Below are positions 47,967 through 60,886 of a stretch of 64,000 nucleotides of DNA, one piece after another. Within the stretch, counting starts at the first letter, position 1, and each line of letters begins with the position of its first letter. A program made the position numbers and the translations under genes. Origin of the DNA: Tubulanus polymorphus (lineage: Eukaryota > Animalia > Nemertea). The notes beneath the pieces are model-generated. The model was not told the origin of the DNA. It did not search any database and was given only the letters and a program-made list of their open reading frames with translations. The DNA lies in the NCBI RefSeq assembly GCF_964204645.1, contig NC_134034.1:2356072-2420071 (forward strand), read 5' to 3'.

Positions 47967-50510
47967 TTAACATCGTTTGTTGAAGTAGGAAATATCGATT
48001 TGATTGTTTGTCACTGTTTGAGGTTGCGCAGAGCTGTTTGTAACTGTTGTGAACAGTCGACACATCGGCTGACCGGAAGTGCGCTGATACGTGATCCCTT
48101 TGCAGTCAGTATGGCGGCTACATTTAGCGGCGCATTCAATACGAGATCTACAAGTTTGAAATGTTTCCAGAATCGTCGCTTCATCAGTACGTTCGTCATA
48201 CTTCCTGATGACGTAATTCATTCGTGTACAGTTCGTTTCCAATTTGACGCCTGGAAATATTCAATAGATTTTTCGTGAAGATGATAGAAATCATTTAAAA
48301 AAAAACTTATTCCGTTTAAGATATTGATGATGAAATTCGTCGGTAAATGTAATTGATTTCCACTATAACGATATAGCTATTGAAGATAATGAGCTGATTC
48401 CGATTGATAAACCAACTGAAAATGGATGACTTTTCAATGTAGAGTTACAGTAATTGAAAACGAACTGATCCTGGCTGCATGGGGCATTCAAACGGGTCGG
48501 AGTCCATGGTTAAAGCAATGAAGAATTAACTAATTATGATTCAGTTAACCCTGGGATGCCCAAACATACTTCTGGCAGTAGGGCAAACCGCATATTCGTT
48601 TTTTAGTTCATTTTGGGTCCTTTATGACAGTTGAGAGTTATTAGTTTAGAGTACCTAAATATTTTAAGAGAAATTTCATAATCTGAAAAAGTGCATCCAT
48701 TAATGCCCAGAGTTCCATATATGACCCCAATTTGTTGATTGAAAACGTACACGCCACGCTCTGGCCATGGGTCATATATGACCCCTTGGGTTAAAATGGT
48801 AAAATTAATTTCATGGAGCACCACCTGGTGAGTTTTCTGCTAACCGACAAGGCTCATATATGTAAAATTGGGCTTCTCATGTAGCACAGGTGCTATTAAA
48901 CACAGCTAAGAACTCAGGAACCCCACCATCAACAGTTCTTAAATTTATGACTGCCTAATTAGGTGGGGTCATTATGACCCGCAGGGCATCCCAGTAAACT
49001 TATTAAACACAAACTAATTCGGACAGTGGAGTAAAAAAAGAAATTGAAATATTAGTAATTTTGAGTGCAGAGTTGAATATTTGAAAAGAAACTCGTTTAA
49101 AATTAGAATATTCTAAAATTTCGACTCTACAGCGAAACTAATCGGAGGTGAACTCAATTTGATTGTTAAAAAATCGTGAAGCCGAATTTATTTTGTTGAT
49201 AGAGTAAACGAAAGATTTTTCCCTTACCGTAAACCTCCACCTCGCACAAGCTCAAAGCTCCTGTACCAGGTGACTTCGTGACGATGACAGTATTTCCGGT
49301 CATGTGACCGGGACAGAAGAACTCTTTCACTTCCGACGAATTCATTTGCGCTTCCTGTTCGGCGCAAATTGTATTCTGTGGTATGTTAGATAGATCCATG
49401 TCCGGCGGAGACTCGTCCGTAGTGACTAGAATTTTGAATTTCTTTAATCGGGATGCTGCAACGAAAAAAAAACCGTTTTCATTTCAAAATGTTTAGGCGT
49501 TAAAAGTTGAACTGACACTGGATCCGGTATCCCTTTTGGGGTTAAGCTAAAACTGATTGATATGATTTATTTTCATAAAAGATTTTTACAAAATTAATGA
49601 ATAAACAAATACATTAAGGGTGTAATGATATGTGTAATGACTGCTTTGAAGCAGCAACGGTTAGCTTGTATACAAGAACATATCTATATAACTATGCCAT
49701 AGGTTGATATTGAAAGAGCGACCATGGTCTACACGTTCAATGCCAGACCAAGAGAGTTTGTATCAAAACTCGACTTCAAAACAGTAAAATCAGCCGATCT
49801 TTATAATCCTTACCGGCCGTATTTCTGTTGACCAGAATCACACTTGTAACTGTGTATCGAGCATCTAGATGCACTTTCCACCAGAGCGGCTTTCCATGCA
49901 ATTTCGAGTCTTTGGTGTGAGTACAGGACCCGCTTTTCATGGCTGGATTGTGGTCTCCATCCACGGCTGCCGAAGATAGCCCCTTGTCTTTTCTATAGTC
50001 GCTAGACTGCATCGTTGTTCGACCTAAAGCCACATTCTCTTTCGTCGCACCATCTTCGAAGAAGAACATTAAAAATTTCACGTTTTATAAATTTCTTTAC
50101 AGTTTAAATGGTGGTTTACATTTCATGAGTGTTAAAGTATTTGCATAAAAAAATCTGCCTGATTTACTATTCCTTTTGAGATAAAACTACCCTCCAATAT
50201 TGGCCCCATGGGTAAAAAGTTAAACTGCTCCATTGAGCTCTGGGTTAAAGACTTCAACTTTACAACTTAGAGCTTAGGATCGGTTTAAGATTGTAGAACG
50301 GCTAGAGAACTAAGATAGTCTTCGATTGGTATTAAATCTAACTAGCAACGGTTGTACAACTTAGGTTTATGTTTAAACTGGTCCAACGAAGCCACGATAC
50401 GGCGTCCCATTCAGCGAGAAATATGGAAATATAGATGGAAATGCCAAATTACCTGAACTGTAGGTTACCAAAATTATGATCCAGAGCGCGGCGATTTTGT
50501 TATCATCCAT
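47967..50510 (-). CDS. Secreted F-type lectin (FTP) + PAN/apple domain protein, copy 2 (~269 aa)
   Basis: Exons 50453-50510 (MDDNKIAALWIIILVTYSS), 49814-50053, 49228-49455, 47967-48250. Paralogous to 30368-33287. Confidence 0.88.
48549..48994. mobile_element. Degenerate piggyBac-like non-autonomous element
   Basis: TTAA followed by CCCTGGGATGCCC at the left end and GGGCATCCCAG at the right end; the right TTAA is lost. Confidence 0.45.
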
Positions 50511-51140
50511 TTTGACTAGGAAGTGTTCACCTGCCGAGCTACAGTACTTTAAATGTGTTACTTCTCGTGGAATGACTTCTGTGCAGTATAGAAGTCAATA
50601 TCTCTCTCTCTCCCTCTCGGAAACACGAACGAGAGAGTTATCGGTAAATAAAGTTCCCGGTATTCGTGTTTTAGACTGATGCTTCAGACTTTCGCAGTTT
50701 TTTTTTATTAGCTCATTTAAGCATCGTTTCAGCTTTTCAACGACAGCAGCACACACTCCACCTGACGTGTAGAATCTATATCCAGGTTGCGTGAATGGTT
50801 CTGATTGGTTGTTCCACCAAACGGCGCCGGTTTGGTTTTAGAAATGTAACTGCTCGCCAGTGTCGATTTTTTATTCAAATAGTACGTACACGGCGCTGGG
50901 TAAACGTTAGATCCTGTACCCGAGTCGTTTAAAAAATGGCGGCAATTTTAACCGATGAAATTTGGTCTGCAGATCAGAAGGGTTAGTATCAAGAGGGTTT
51001 ACGATTAGGTTAGGTGAGGTTTTAGGGTTGCTCAGGGTAGGGTGTATTACTAAAGCGTAGTGTAAGACTACATCTAGTTATACAACTTGGCAATGCGAGA
51101 ATCAGATTGGCTAGCGCTATGGTATAACGCTACGTGTTCG

Positions 51141-52148
51141 AATCCCCATTTTTTCAGTATTTTTAACGAGTTTTTCAAGTCCCCACGGTCAATGCGCGTG
51201 CGCGACGAGTTGGTTATAGAATCTAACGATTTGATTGCCGAGTAGAGACGACTTGTGCTGCCCTCAACCGGTGATTAGATCGTCACGCGGTAGTTAGGAT
51301 TAGGATTAGGATTAGGATTTTATTTACACTCCAACCATTTCTATGATACATGGAGGGAGACTTATACAAAGTATACAATATTTATAATTTTCCGATAACA
51401 GATGTAAATTCTAGTTTTCTGGATTTTTGTAGTCTCTGTGTTATTGATCGTGTGGGATCTAAAAATCTATCTCTAGTGATGCCTGGGAACTACATGACGT
51501 TTATGCTGTATGCTGTAGGAGATAACTCCTATTGCGCACAGGAGCTCCTGGTGGATCCTCACTTGCCACAAGTGGAATCCCCTGTCGGTGCAGTAGTTAA
51601 TGTCCTAATGCACACTAGCGGAACCTGGTGAATCCACGTGCGATAAATCCCCATTTTTTCAGTATTTTTAACGAGTTTTTCAAGTCCCCACGGTCAATGC
51701 GCGTGCGCGACGAGTTGGTTATAGAATCTAACGATTTGATTGCCGAGTAGAGACGACTTGTGCTGCCCTCAACCGGTGATTAGATCGTCACGCGGTAGTT
51801 AGGATTAGGATTAGGATTAGGATTTTATTTACACTCCAACCATTTCTATGATACATGGAGGGAGACTTATACAAAGTATACAATATTTATAATTTTCCGA
51901 TAACAGATGTAAATTCTAGTTTTCTGGATTTTTGTAGTCTCTGTGTTATTGATCGTGTGGGATCTAAAAATCTATCTCTAGTGATGCCTGGGAACTACAT
52001 GACGTTTATGCTGTATGCTGTAGGAGATAACTCCTATTGCGCACAGGAGCTCCTGGTGGATCCTCACTTGCCACAAGTGGAATCCCCTGTCGGTGCAGTA
52101 GTTAATGTCCTAATGCACACTAGCGGAACCTGGTGAATCCACGTGCGA
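51141..52148. repeat. Apparently perfect 505-bp tandem duplication
   Basis: Units start at 51141 and 51646; identical ORFs at 51350 and 51855; each unit contains (TTAGGA)4. Confidence 0.92.
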
Positions 52149-52394
52149 TGCTGAAAGCCAAAAGGCAAAAGCATTTCTCCCAACCATGTTTGGCAAATAT
52201 CACTCTAACCCTAAAGTTGATGCCTTGCCTCCTTTGCAAACTGAAGTCGGAACTAATACTAGAACTTGATGTCAACAAGCAACTCGCAGCTCAAAACCGT
52301 TTTGCAAAGAATTTTATGTTTTGTTAATGAATACTCCTAAGCTATCCTGTTTTTTTTCGAGCTCCATCTGAAATCCGTACAATTATCAAACGCT

Positions 52395-53633
52395 TCATTT
52401 TCGGCTTTTCGTTTCGTTCGTTTTGCATCTTTGGAAACCGGTGAATAATTGGAAGAATCGTTTTCGGAAAACCGGAATAGTACCGACGTATATGAAAAAG
52501 TTGGTACAGAAAACCGATTGCCGGAATATCAGTATGGCTCTTCCTACAAACAGCGACGAACGAAGCGCCCTGAACGTGCTACTGTTCTCATAACGTTTAT
52601 CAGAACCGAACGCCGAATTGACGAGAATGTTGAGGTGATGCAACAGATTGCATATACCATTCGGTAAAACCAGCACTATGAACATGATAACGACAATTAG
52701 AAGAGTTTTACTGGCCGAAGATTGATGACGATCCGTTCTCCTCGTCGCTGTCAGATCGGTAGAACCTTTGTTACGTGTCACGGCAGTCATTACCGATAAA
52801 GCAACTACGAGAAAACATGGACAAATTTCATTGATGAACGGATTTATAGATACAAATGTGGAATGCAACACACGTGAATCTAACAGAAAACTTACAGTTC
52901 TACATTTCCATTCATGTTTGGTTCCATTGCGTCCGTATCTTTTGCGTTCTTCAAAACGAATATCGCTGTATGAAATAATGTAATAAACTCCTGTGAAATA
53001 AGCCCAAAAAACTACGGCAACAACCGCCATTTTACGCCTCTGAACGTTGAGATGTTTCATGTGAAAGAAAGGAAAACGAATCGCAACAAATCGCTCGATA
53101 GCGATCACTAAAACCGTGTAGTTCGATATAGTTCTGGCTGGATAGAAGAACAAGAACTCGTAGAAACACCACGGAATTAACCTTTCGCGAAGATAATAGA
53201 AATAGTAATAGTAATTGTAAATCAACGGGCATCGTTTTCTGATTTCAGTTATAGACATGACATATATGTAACAATTGTGTAGACCGATTCTGTAGAGACG
53301 AGTGATGAAAATTTGGGAAAAATCGCGGATCAAATGATATGTGACGACAATTTCATCAGTAATCGCGATTGCCATCAGATAGGGGAACGTGTAACGAACC
53401 GACTGACTTCTCCGACATTTTATCAGTAAGACTACACTTACGATGTTCAGGAAATTTCCCAAAGGATACAACAAGAAGTACCTGATGTGAAGATTAGCGA
53501 GTCTTGTTCTGTGGATGATGTTAAAAAACGCGTCGCTGAGCGAGAACTGACGACTAGTCGTGGATGTATAAGTGCCGGTTGTAGTGAAATTGTTCACAGG
53601 TTCCAGTGAAGTAACTACAGTCAACTGATTCAT
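52395..53633 (-). CDS. Intronless rhodopsin-like (class A) GPCR, orphan peptide-receptor type
   Basis: 412-aa ORF with N-terminal N-glycosylation site, GNFLN (TM1), LMAIAITD (TM2), IAIERFVAIRFP (TM3), MFIVLVLP (TM6), TNFFIY (TM7). Confidence 0.88.
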   Translation of the reverse strand: MNQLTVVTSLEPVNNFTTTGTYTSTTSRQFSLSDAFFNIIHRTRLANLHIRYFLLYPLGNFLNIVSVVLLIKCRRSQSVRYTFPYLMAIAITDEIVVTYHLIRDFSQIFITRLYRIGLHNCYIYVMSITEIRKRCPLIYNYYYYFYYLRERLIPWCFYEFLFFYPARTISNYTVLVIAIERFVAIRFPFFHMKHLNVQRRKMAVVAVVFWAYFTGVYYIISYSDIRFEERKRYGRNGTKHEWKCRTVSFLLDSRVLHSTFVSINPFINEICPCFLVVALSVMTAVTRNKGSTDLTATRRTDRHQSSASKTLLIVVIMFIVLVLPNGICNLLHHLNILVNSAFGSDKRYENSSTFRALRSSLFVGRAILIFRQSVFCTNFFIYVGTIPVFRKRFFQLFTGFQRCKTNETKSRK

Positions 53634-54259
53634 GTTATTATCACAGCGCAGACGTCACTGAGTCTGTCGTCAGATACGGCTGAACTTGTTAAATATGGCG
53701 TTTTCAGTAGAAATGAAATTAGAATATAGGAGTACTTTCAGGTGTCTAGCGACATTTCCAGAAAATATGCGGTTATACCAATGACGCAGGCCCAATCGTA
53801 AAACTCTTAGTCCAAAGTTCTCACCAACAGTTGGGCGAACATGCTGCTGATATCACAGATATGGGGTACACCATGGGCGGCACCAGAGGGGGGTCGAGGG
53901 TGCGAACGACCCCCTTTTTACAAATTCCCAAACGATCGTCGCATAGGGAATTGACCTCGATAATGCGGTGGCAGCCCTTTACGATCGTCGATGTGTCGTC
54001 ACCGGTCACAATCAACGTATTCGTTGGTAGTAGGCCTAGTAGATTGCGTCAGAATGCATCTCTCAGAAATTCCCGCTGCGCGGCGAGAGGGGACACGCTA
54101 TCCCCTGTGCCACACTGCACCGGAGCGGGCTCTGCCCTTCGGCGACTTTTAGTTAAATATTTCGTACTCGACCCCCCGTAGACAATTCTTGGTACGGTTA
54201 TAGTTGAATATGTTAATTAGAATATTCAATAATTAGGTCACCTTCGGTAAACGAATTTT

Positions 54260-54930
54260 CAGCTTGTAGCAAGTGAGGATTCACCAGGTGTCGCTACTGT
54301 GCATTAGGACATTTACTACAGCACCGACAAGGGGTTCCACTTGTGGCAAGTGAGTATCCACCAGGAGCTCCTGTGCGCAATAGGACATGAACTCTTCCAG
54401 CTATAGAGGATTCCACTTGTTACATCAACTACTGCGGCAATAGAGTATTCCACTTGTGGCAAGTGAGGATCCAGCAGGTGTCGCTAGTGTGCAGTAGGAC
54501 ATCAACTACTGCGGCAATAGAGGATTCCACTTGTGGCAAGCGAAGCCCCAGGTGTCGTTAGTTTGCAAGGACATCAACTACTGTAGCAATAGAGGATTCC
54601 ACTTGTGGCTAGTGAGCATCCACCAGGTGTCGCTAGTGTGCAGTAGGACATCAACTACTGCGGCAATAGAGGATTCCACTTGTGGCAAGCGAAGCCCCAG
54701 GTGTCGTTAGTTTGCAAGGACATCAACTACTGTAGCAATAGAGTATTCCACTTGTGGCAAGTGAGTATCCACCAGGTGTCGCTAGTGTGCAGTAGGACAT
54801 CAACTACTGCGGCAATAGAGGATTCCACTTGTGGCAAGCGAAGCCCCAGGTGTCGTTAGTTTGCAAGGACATCAACTACTGCGGCAATAGAGGATTCCAC
54901 TTGTGGCTAGTGAGGATCCACCAGTTGTCT
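54260..54930. repeat. Tandem array of the ~73-75-bp ccaccaggtgtcgcta repeat family
   Basis: Alternating monomer variants of gcaatagaggattccacttgtggcaagtgaggatccaccaggtgtcgctagtgtgcagtaggacatcaactact. Confidence 0.92.
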
Positions 54931-55080
54931 AGTGGTAATTGAGGCCAGTCACCAGGGCTACATACGTACAATTCTAGTTATCTCCTAAATAAACAACGCT
55001 AAGTTGATTTCCTTGTAAACAAAACATATAATGTATTTAAACCTTAACTACAACGTATAAATATTACAAATCACCTGGGC

Positions 55081-55182
55081 CCGGTTTTATAGACTGGTAT
55101 TACCTTTAACCCGGGGGCTAATTCAATTCATTTTCAATTGAGTTAGCCCCCGGGTTAAAGTTAATACCAGTCTATAAAACTG
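55081..55182. mobile_element. ~100-bp foldback MITE; related foldbacks at 25237-25315, 27628-27730 and 59466-59572
   Basis: gttttatagactggtatta...taataccagtctataaaac is a near-perfect inverted repeat around a cattttcaat core. Confidence 0.7.
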
Positions 55183-56224
55183 ACTGGAACCGGAATATAC
55201 CTAGTTTTAATCGTAAAATGATGATTATTGCTACGGTAGAATAAAGCTCAAAATGTTTTAAGCAAAAATAGAATCATTACAGAGTTGAGAATTAAATTCT
55301 AGGTAAAAATGTACGTACGTAAATAAAAATAATCTCCTGGAGCTTTGTGCTCTTTCGCGTGGCGACGCCGCCAAATTTGGTTGGCAAACATATCGCAATA
55401 ACTGATTTTTACAGCACATATGTTAGTACTTTACTATTATTAGGTTAATTGATGCGAAGGAGCCCGGAGTCAAATCTGCAAACGTGAAGACAAATAGTAC
55501 TTAAAAGGTTAACCAGATTTCATTAAAAGTACAAGCTTTCGCAACAAGCGTAAATGAGCTTCACGGGAATGTGATTTACTCATTTACCCGATAAAGCTAC
55601 AATGCTAAAGTAGCGTAAGCTCGTACTTTAAACAAATTTAGTTAACCTGCAAAGTACTATTTGTCTTCACGTTTACTGATTATTAATGATGATTTTATAG
55701 CAGGCAATTCAGAACCAAGTATCGAGGTCTCGCAACGAGCACGCTCTGTATCAAAAATCAGCTTCAAATCTTACGAATCTATAAAAATGTCTCTTTGTTT
55801 TTTTCATTAGCGTGAACAATAATTGCATGCGTTCGCCAACCAATATGGCGTAGCAAACAAACAATGAGGTCACACGAGTGCAAAGGCAAAATATTTTTTG
55901 AGAGTTTACCGTTTTGCAATTCATTTGCATTTTCAATTATTCAAGATGATAAAATGCACATCGTCTACACCTAAAATACTGTATTCAAAATATTAAAACG
56001 ATATATATGACCAGTAAGATATTTCTGTCCGAAGCGACTAACGTAAAATTTAAACGATATTCTTATTTACATATTGTATTCCTTGGTATAAAATGTAACA
56101 AATTTCGTGTATTTATTTCATCGATGAATACAATAGCACTTTCCCAACATTTAATTGCATGTTTGATCTATTCATATGATTATCTATGCGAATTAGACAT
56201 AAAAACTACACCACAAAATCGAAT

Positions 56225-56510
56225 CAACTGTGGAACTGTTGGTTCCGAGTCGAATATTAAACCCACGCAACTGTGGAACTGGGTCCATAGTCAAATTAAA
56301 CCCTAACAACCGTAAAACTGGATACATAGTCAAATTAAGCCCACGCAACTCTGGAACTGGGTCCAGAGTCAAATTAAACCCACACAACTGTGGAACTGGG
56401 TCCTAAGTCAAATGAAACTCTCATATGGAACTGGGTCCTGAGTCAAATGAAACTCTCATATGGAGCTGGGACCAGAGTAAAATGAAACCCATTCAACTGT
56501 GGAACTGGAT
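56225..56510. repeat. ~39-bp tandem repeat derived from the foldback MITE end
   Basis: Unit caactgtggaactgggtccagagtcaaattaaacccac. Confidence 0.8.
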
Positions 56511-56597
56511 AGAATAGTCGAATTGAATCAGGATTGCCGCGAGACTACCCCCGCCCCTGCATCCTCCGGCTCACTTCAACTTGCTGCAAAGTCGAAT

Positions 56598-59500
56598 TTA
56601 CCAATCATTTATGTCTATATCTTGTTTGCTCCATTTATATTTTCCGCCGCGTTCGAAGAACATGTCCTCGTCGAAACCGCTGTAGTTCAAAGCCTCCTGC
56701 ACCCCGACGTCTAATATCGATCGACTCGGTGTTTTAGCGCCTCGTGTACAATCTAGAAACCTCATCTACAATAAAACAGAACAATATTCGTCAACGCGTG
56801 TGCGCCCATAGCTGCTGCTTAAAACAAACGGCTTAAATCTAAAAGACTAGTAGTCTAAGTTCATACTTGGTTTTGAACGAAACTACTTGATAAAGAGACG
56901 AGCGTACGACCCGGTTCCTGAGACCGATTTTAAAGAACGTATTTGCTGGAACCGTTTTATTAATTTCAGTACTCGTTGACTGGTCATGAGTCGTTAGATT
57001 TGTTTTGAAACCAAGGAGTTTAGACTGGTCATTAGTTACATTTATTGTAGAACCAAAATAAGTTTAGACTGCTTTTTAAGTTGTTAGATTTGTTATAGAC
57101 CCCCCAAAAAGCCTAGACTAGTCCAAAGTTGTTAGATTGGTTATAGAACTAAATTGAGCTCAGACCGATCTCAAGTTGTTAGATTGGTTATAGAACTAAA
57201 ATGAGTTCAGGTTGTTTCTTAAGTCGTTAGATTGGCTGTAGAACCAAATCGAGCCTAGACGGGTCTCAAGTTGTTATATCGGGTATAAAACGAAAATGAG
57301 TTAAGACTGGTCTCAAGCGTAGTCAGATTGGCTATGGAAACAGAATAAGCCTAATGACGATTATTATGTTGTTCCGATTGGTTTTAACCGAAATGAGTAT
57401 ATCCGGTGTTAAGGTGTTAGATTTCGCTGTAATCAAGCGGGAGATTGTCTAAACATCGTAATATGCTTTTCGTTGTACTTACGCGCTCATCCAAAATAAG
57501 ATATGAATTTTGCATCTGCAAAAGAAATGAATGATCGCAGTTAGAATTTGAATCAGCGTTAAAAATAGTACATTCGATGATTTAACAGTTCATTTCGACG
57601 GTTTCGAAGGTTTGAATAAATTTTGAATAAATTTCACAGAAACGTAAATCAAAAATCATGAAAATAATAGAAAAATGGTTTATTCAAGACTTTACTCAAA
57701 ACTTCGAAACCGTCTGAATAAAAGGTTTTATCATAAGTTGTGGATTTTGCTTATTTACCGGGCCGAGTTGCACGGTCGTCAATTAAGTACAAAAGCGGTC
57801 TTTGATAGATTTTAAGACCAGTCTTTAACCGTTAGATTAGCTACGGAACTAAATTGGTCTTAGACTGGTCTAAAGTCTAAAGCGGTGTGCAAATGACTGG
57901 TCTTACGTAGAAATGATATTGTGTTATTATCTTCGCGTACCTTCGTGTTCGACTCGGGAACCAGACCACAGGACACATTCCGGTGGCGATCGAGGAAACT
58001 CTGGAAATCTTCCTTCGATACGACGAACGACTCGGCGTGCCTCTTGGCGCCCTCTCCGCAATTCTCTCCTTCCAAAAGCAAACACTGGAAAACCTGCAAT
58101 ATTTTTCTCGATTAAAAGACTATGTTTTTATAGTTTTCAAAATACCGACTATGGATATAAACATAAAGGGGCCAGTTGCAGAGTCGTGGCCTAAGTCCAA
58201 AAGTGGTCTTAAATCTTAAGACTGGTCTTAAGTTGTTAGACTGGCTATAGAACTAAGTTGGTCTTAGACTGGTCTTAAATCTAAGTCAAGACTATGTAAC
58301 CGGCCCCAGTTGCAGAGTCGTGGCTTAAGTCCAAAAATGGTCTTAAATCTTAAGACTGGTTTTAGTTGTTAGACTGGCTATAGGACTAAATTGGTCTTAG
58401 ACTGGTCTTAAATCTAAGTCAAGACTATGCAACCGGCCCCAGTTGCGGAGTCGTGGCTTAAGTCCAAAAATGGTCTTAAATCTTAAGACTGGTCTTAAGT
58501 TGTTAGATTGGCTATAGAACTAAGTTGGTCTCAGACTGGCCTTGAGTCTTAGCCATGACTATGCAACCAGCCCCTGGGATGTTCACGGAAAGTGAATGAA
58601 TGAATCTTATTTTTCAATCGATATTTAGGAAAGGGGATGTACTTAGTTACAATGAAGATTGACAGAATGTAATTATTGAGAGGACACCCACCGGACACCC
58701 ACAGTCACAGAGACTTAACAGAATATTCTACTCTAAAATCCACCAACCTTCCATCTACACGGTTTCAGGATCTCTATATATTCGCTCATATCTTCGTCTT
58801 TATTGTGGATGTTAACAACTGTGTTCATTTTGAAGGCGACCTGCAAAAAAACGCGCCGAATTAACAATTCAATTGACGCCGAAAAAACCGTTACAAAAAT
58901 GTTTTTGATTACTGTGCATTATAAGGGGAGGCGATGCGCACTACGTCATCAGTATTTGCGTTTCAAAATCGCAATTCATTTCTGAATTCATTACTTTGTA
59001 ATTGAATATATTACATTATTCTTAATATATTCTACGTAGTAAATTTCATGTTTTTTCTTCGTTACAAAGAGGATACAAATAAACTAGACTAAATAATACT
59101 TTATATTAACCTGATATTTGATGCACCAGTCTCGTACTTGTTTCAGGGTATGAACGTGTTGCTGCCTGTTGCCTTCTTGACGGCCGATTTTGCTATTCAC
59201 CTCCGGGTCGAAACTGTCACAAGATATCGCCAGGATATCCAGAAAATTACCTAATTAGATAAGAATGATAAGAAAGGACCGTTCCCGATTCGTCTGGGCT
59301 GCCACTTTCCGCCGATTTATGAATCGTCCGAATTTTCCCTGACATTCCTGAGACACAAACATCAGTGAGGGAATCCGAGCAATTACTGGGTTTAAAATGT
59401 TAATCAATATCTATGAATCACGAACTGGTAAAGAAATACACGGTCCATGTATCCAAATTCCCTAGACCCATTTCCACAGTTGTGAGTTAGAGTTAACTCC

Positions 59501-60886
59501 GAGTTAAATTAGATCATTTTCAATGAGTTAACTCAGGGTCAAATCTAAACTCCGAACTGTGGAACTGGACCCAGAGTCTTTCAGGTTTGCAAAATTTGTC
59601 AAATTTGCTGAGTTTTCCCTATTTTTTTCCTAGATTTTTTTTTAAATATATAATATATAATATATTTTATTTCAACTAAATATTTATATATAATTTATAA
59701 TATATTCGATTGCCACTCAATATTACAAAATATCATTATTATACGATATATTTTTATCGAGCTTACCGTACTGTTCGAACCACTTCTCTTTGATTCTGCT
59801 GCCGTTGCTGACGATGGTAACGCTTTCTAGTTCAAGCTTCTGTTTACAGTATTGCACTAGTTCACCGACGTATTCGCCTTTCTTTTCCAGGAACGGCTCG
59901 CCGCCTGAGAAATTCACTTTTTTCATACCTGATCAACAGAAATAACCCTTACATAAATGACAGTTTCTAAAATGCTTTTTTTGATAAGTGATAATTTGTT
60001 ATGCAAAGTTGAAATTCCACTTGAAATCTTTTATTGTTTATTCGACGTGTTAGTAGAGATTGCATAATGAGTTTAAATAATTCAATTTTCAGGACACAGG
60101 TGCACTGCACAGTTGCGACTTTGATCTGAATATTCTCAACCATTTACAAAGGGAAATGTGTTAATGGATATGTAAATTGTGAATACACGTATAGCCATTT
60201 TCATATTGTGATATGTAGTTATAAATATCTAATTTTCACAAAACAATTTATATTCTAACTCCACCCAGCCCATAGCGGGTTTATAAGTCACCAATTATCC
60301 TATTTAGATTTGATTGAAAATAGATTCGAGTGGCTCTGAAAATAATGAACTCCTCATTTAACTACAACATTGTTCATTAAAAGTTGCTACTAGAGTGATT
60401 TGATAGTTAGCCATTAACGTTTGAAACTGTTGTTGCCTCCGCGTTAGGTCTTGCAACCCTGCTCTGCTACGCACCTGATTCTTGGAGCAGTCTCAGTCCG
60501 TGTTTCGCTTCGTCCAGCGGCAAAACGAACGACGTTTTTGCCGTATGGAAACAAAAGCCGCATTTATAATTGCACTGTCGGGTAAAATGATAGTTTACGC
60601 TCAGCGGGGTTAGATCGTTATTGTTCGCCGGCGGGTGCTTTTTGAACGCCCTGTAGGTTCTTGGTCGAGTCGAGTCGTCGTCGTCGGAGCCGTCCCTTTT
60701 AACAGTCACGATCCCATTGTCCGCGCGCTTCCGTTCAGCCCTTCTACTAGGCAGTCGACTTCCTACAGCTGTCCCGATGTATTTTGCAATCCGGTAGTAG
60801 AACGTAATAATGATCATCCGAATATATATCCAGCACTGCCTCGTCATAGCACTGAACATATTTGACAACGTTTCGTAAGGCACCAT
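56598..60886 (-). CDS. RSAD2: Viperin, radical SAM antiviral enzyme (386 aa)
   Basis: Exons 60475-60886 ([24 protein letters not shown]), 59767-59928 ([11 protein letters not shown]...SVTIVSNGS), 59111-59250 ([11 protein letters not shown]), 58748-58840, 57941-58093 ([11 protein letters not shown]), 57483-57515 (NSYLILDE), 56598-56765 (RGGKYKW...DW*). Total 1161 nt in frame; C-terminal Trp retained. Confidence 0.97.
58167..58575. mobile_element. Three tandem copies of the ~133-bp MITE-like element in a viperin intron
   Basis: ggggccagttgcagagtcgtggc...gactatgcaacc(g/a)gcccc; same family as 6053-6685. Confidence 0.75.

Noticed and set aside
51292-51320. Telomere
   Set aside because: Only four TTAGGA units, interstitial and non-canonical.
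51350-52136. Two identical 93-aa ORFs
   Set aside because: A product of the 505-bp duplication, running through a repeat monomer, with no protein features.
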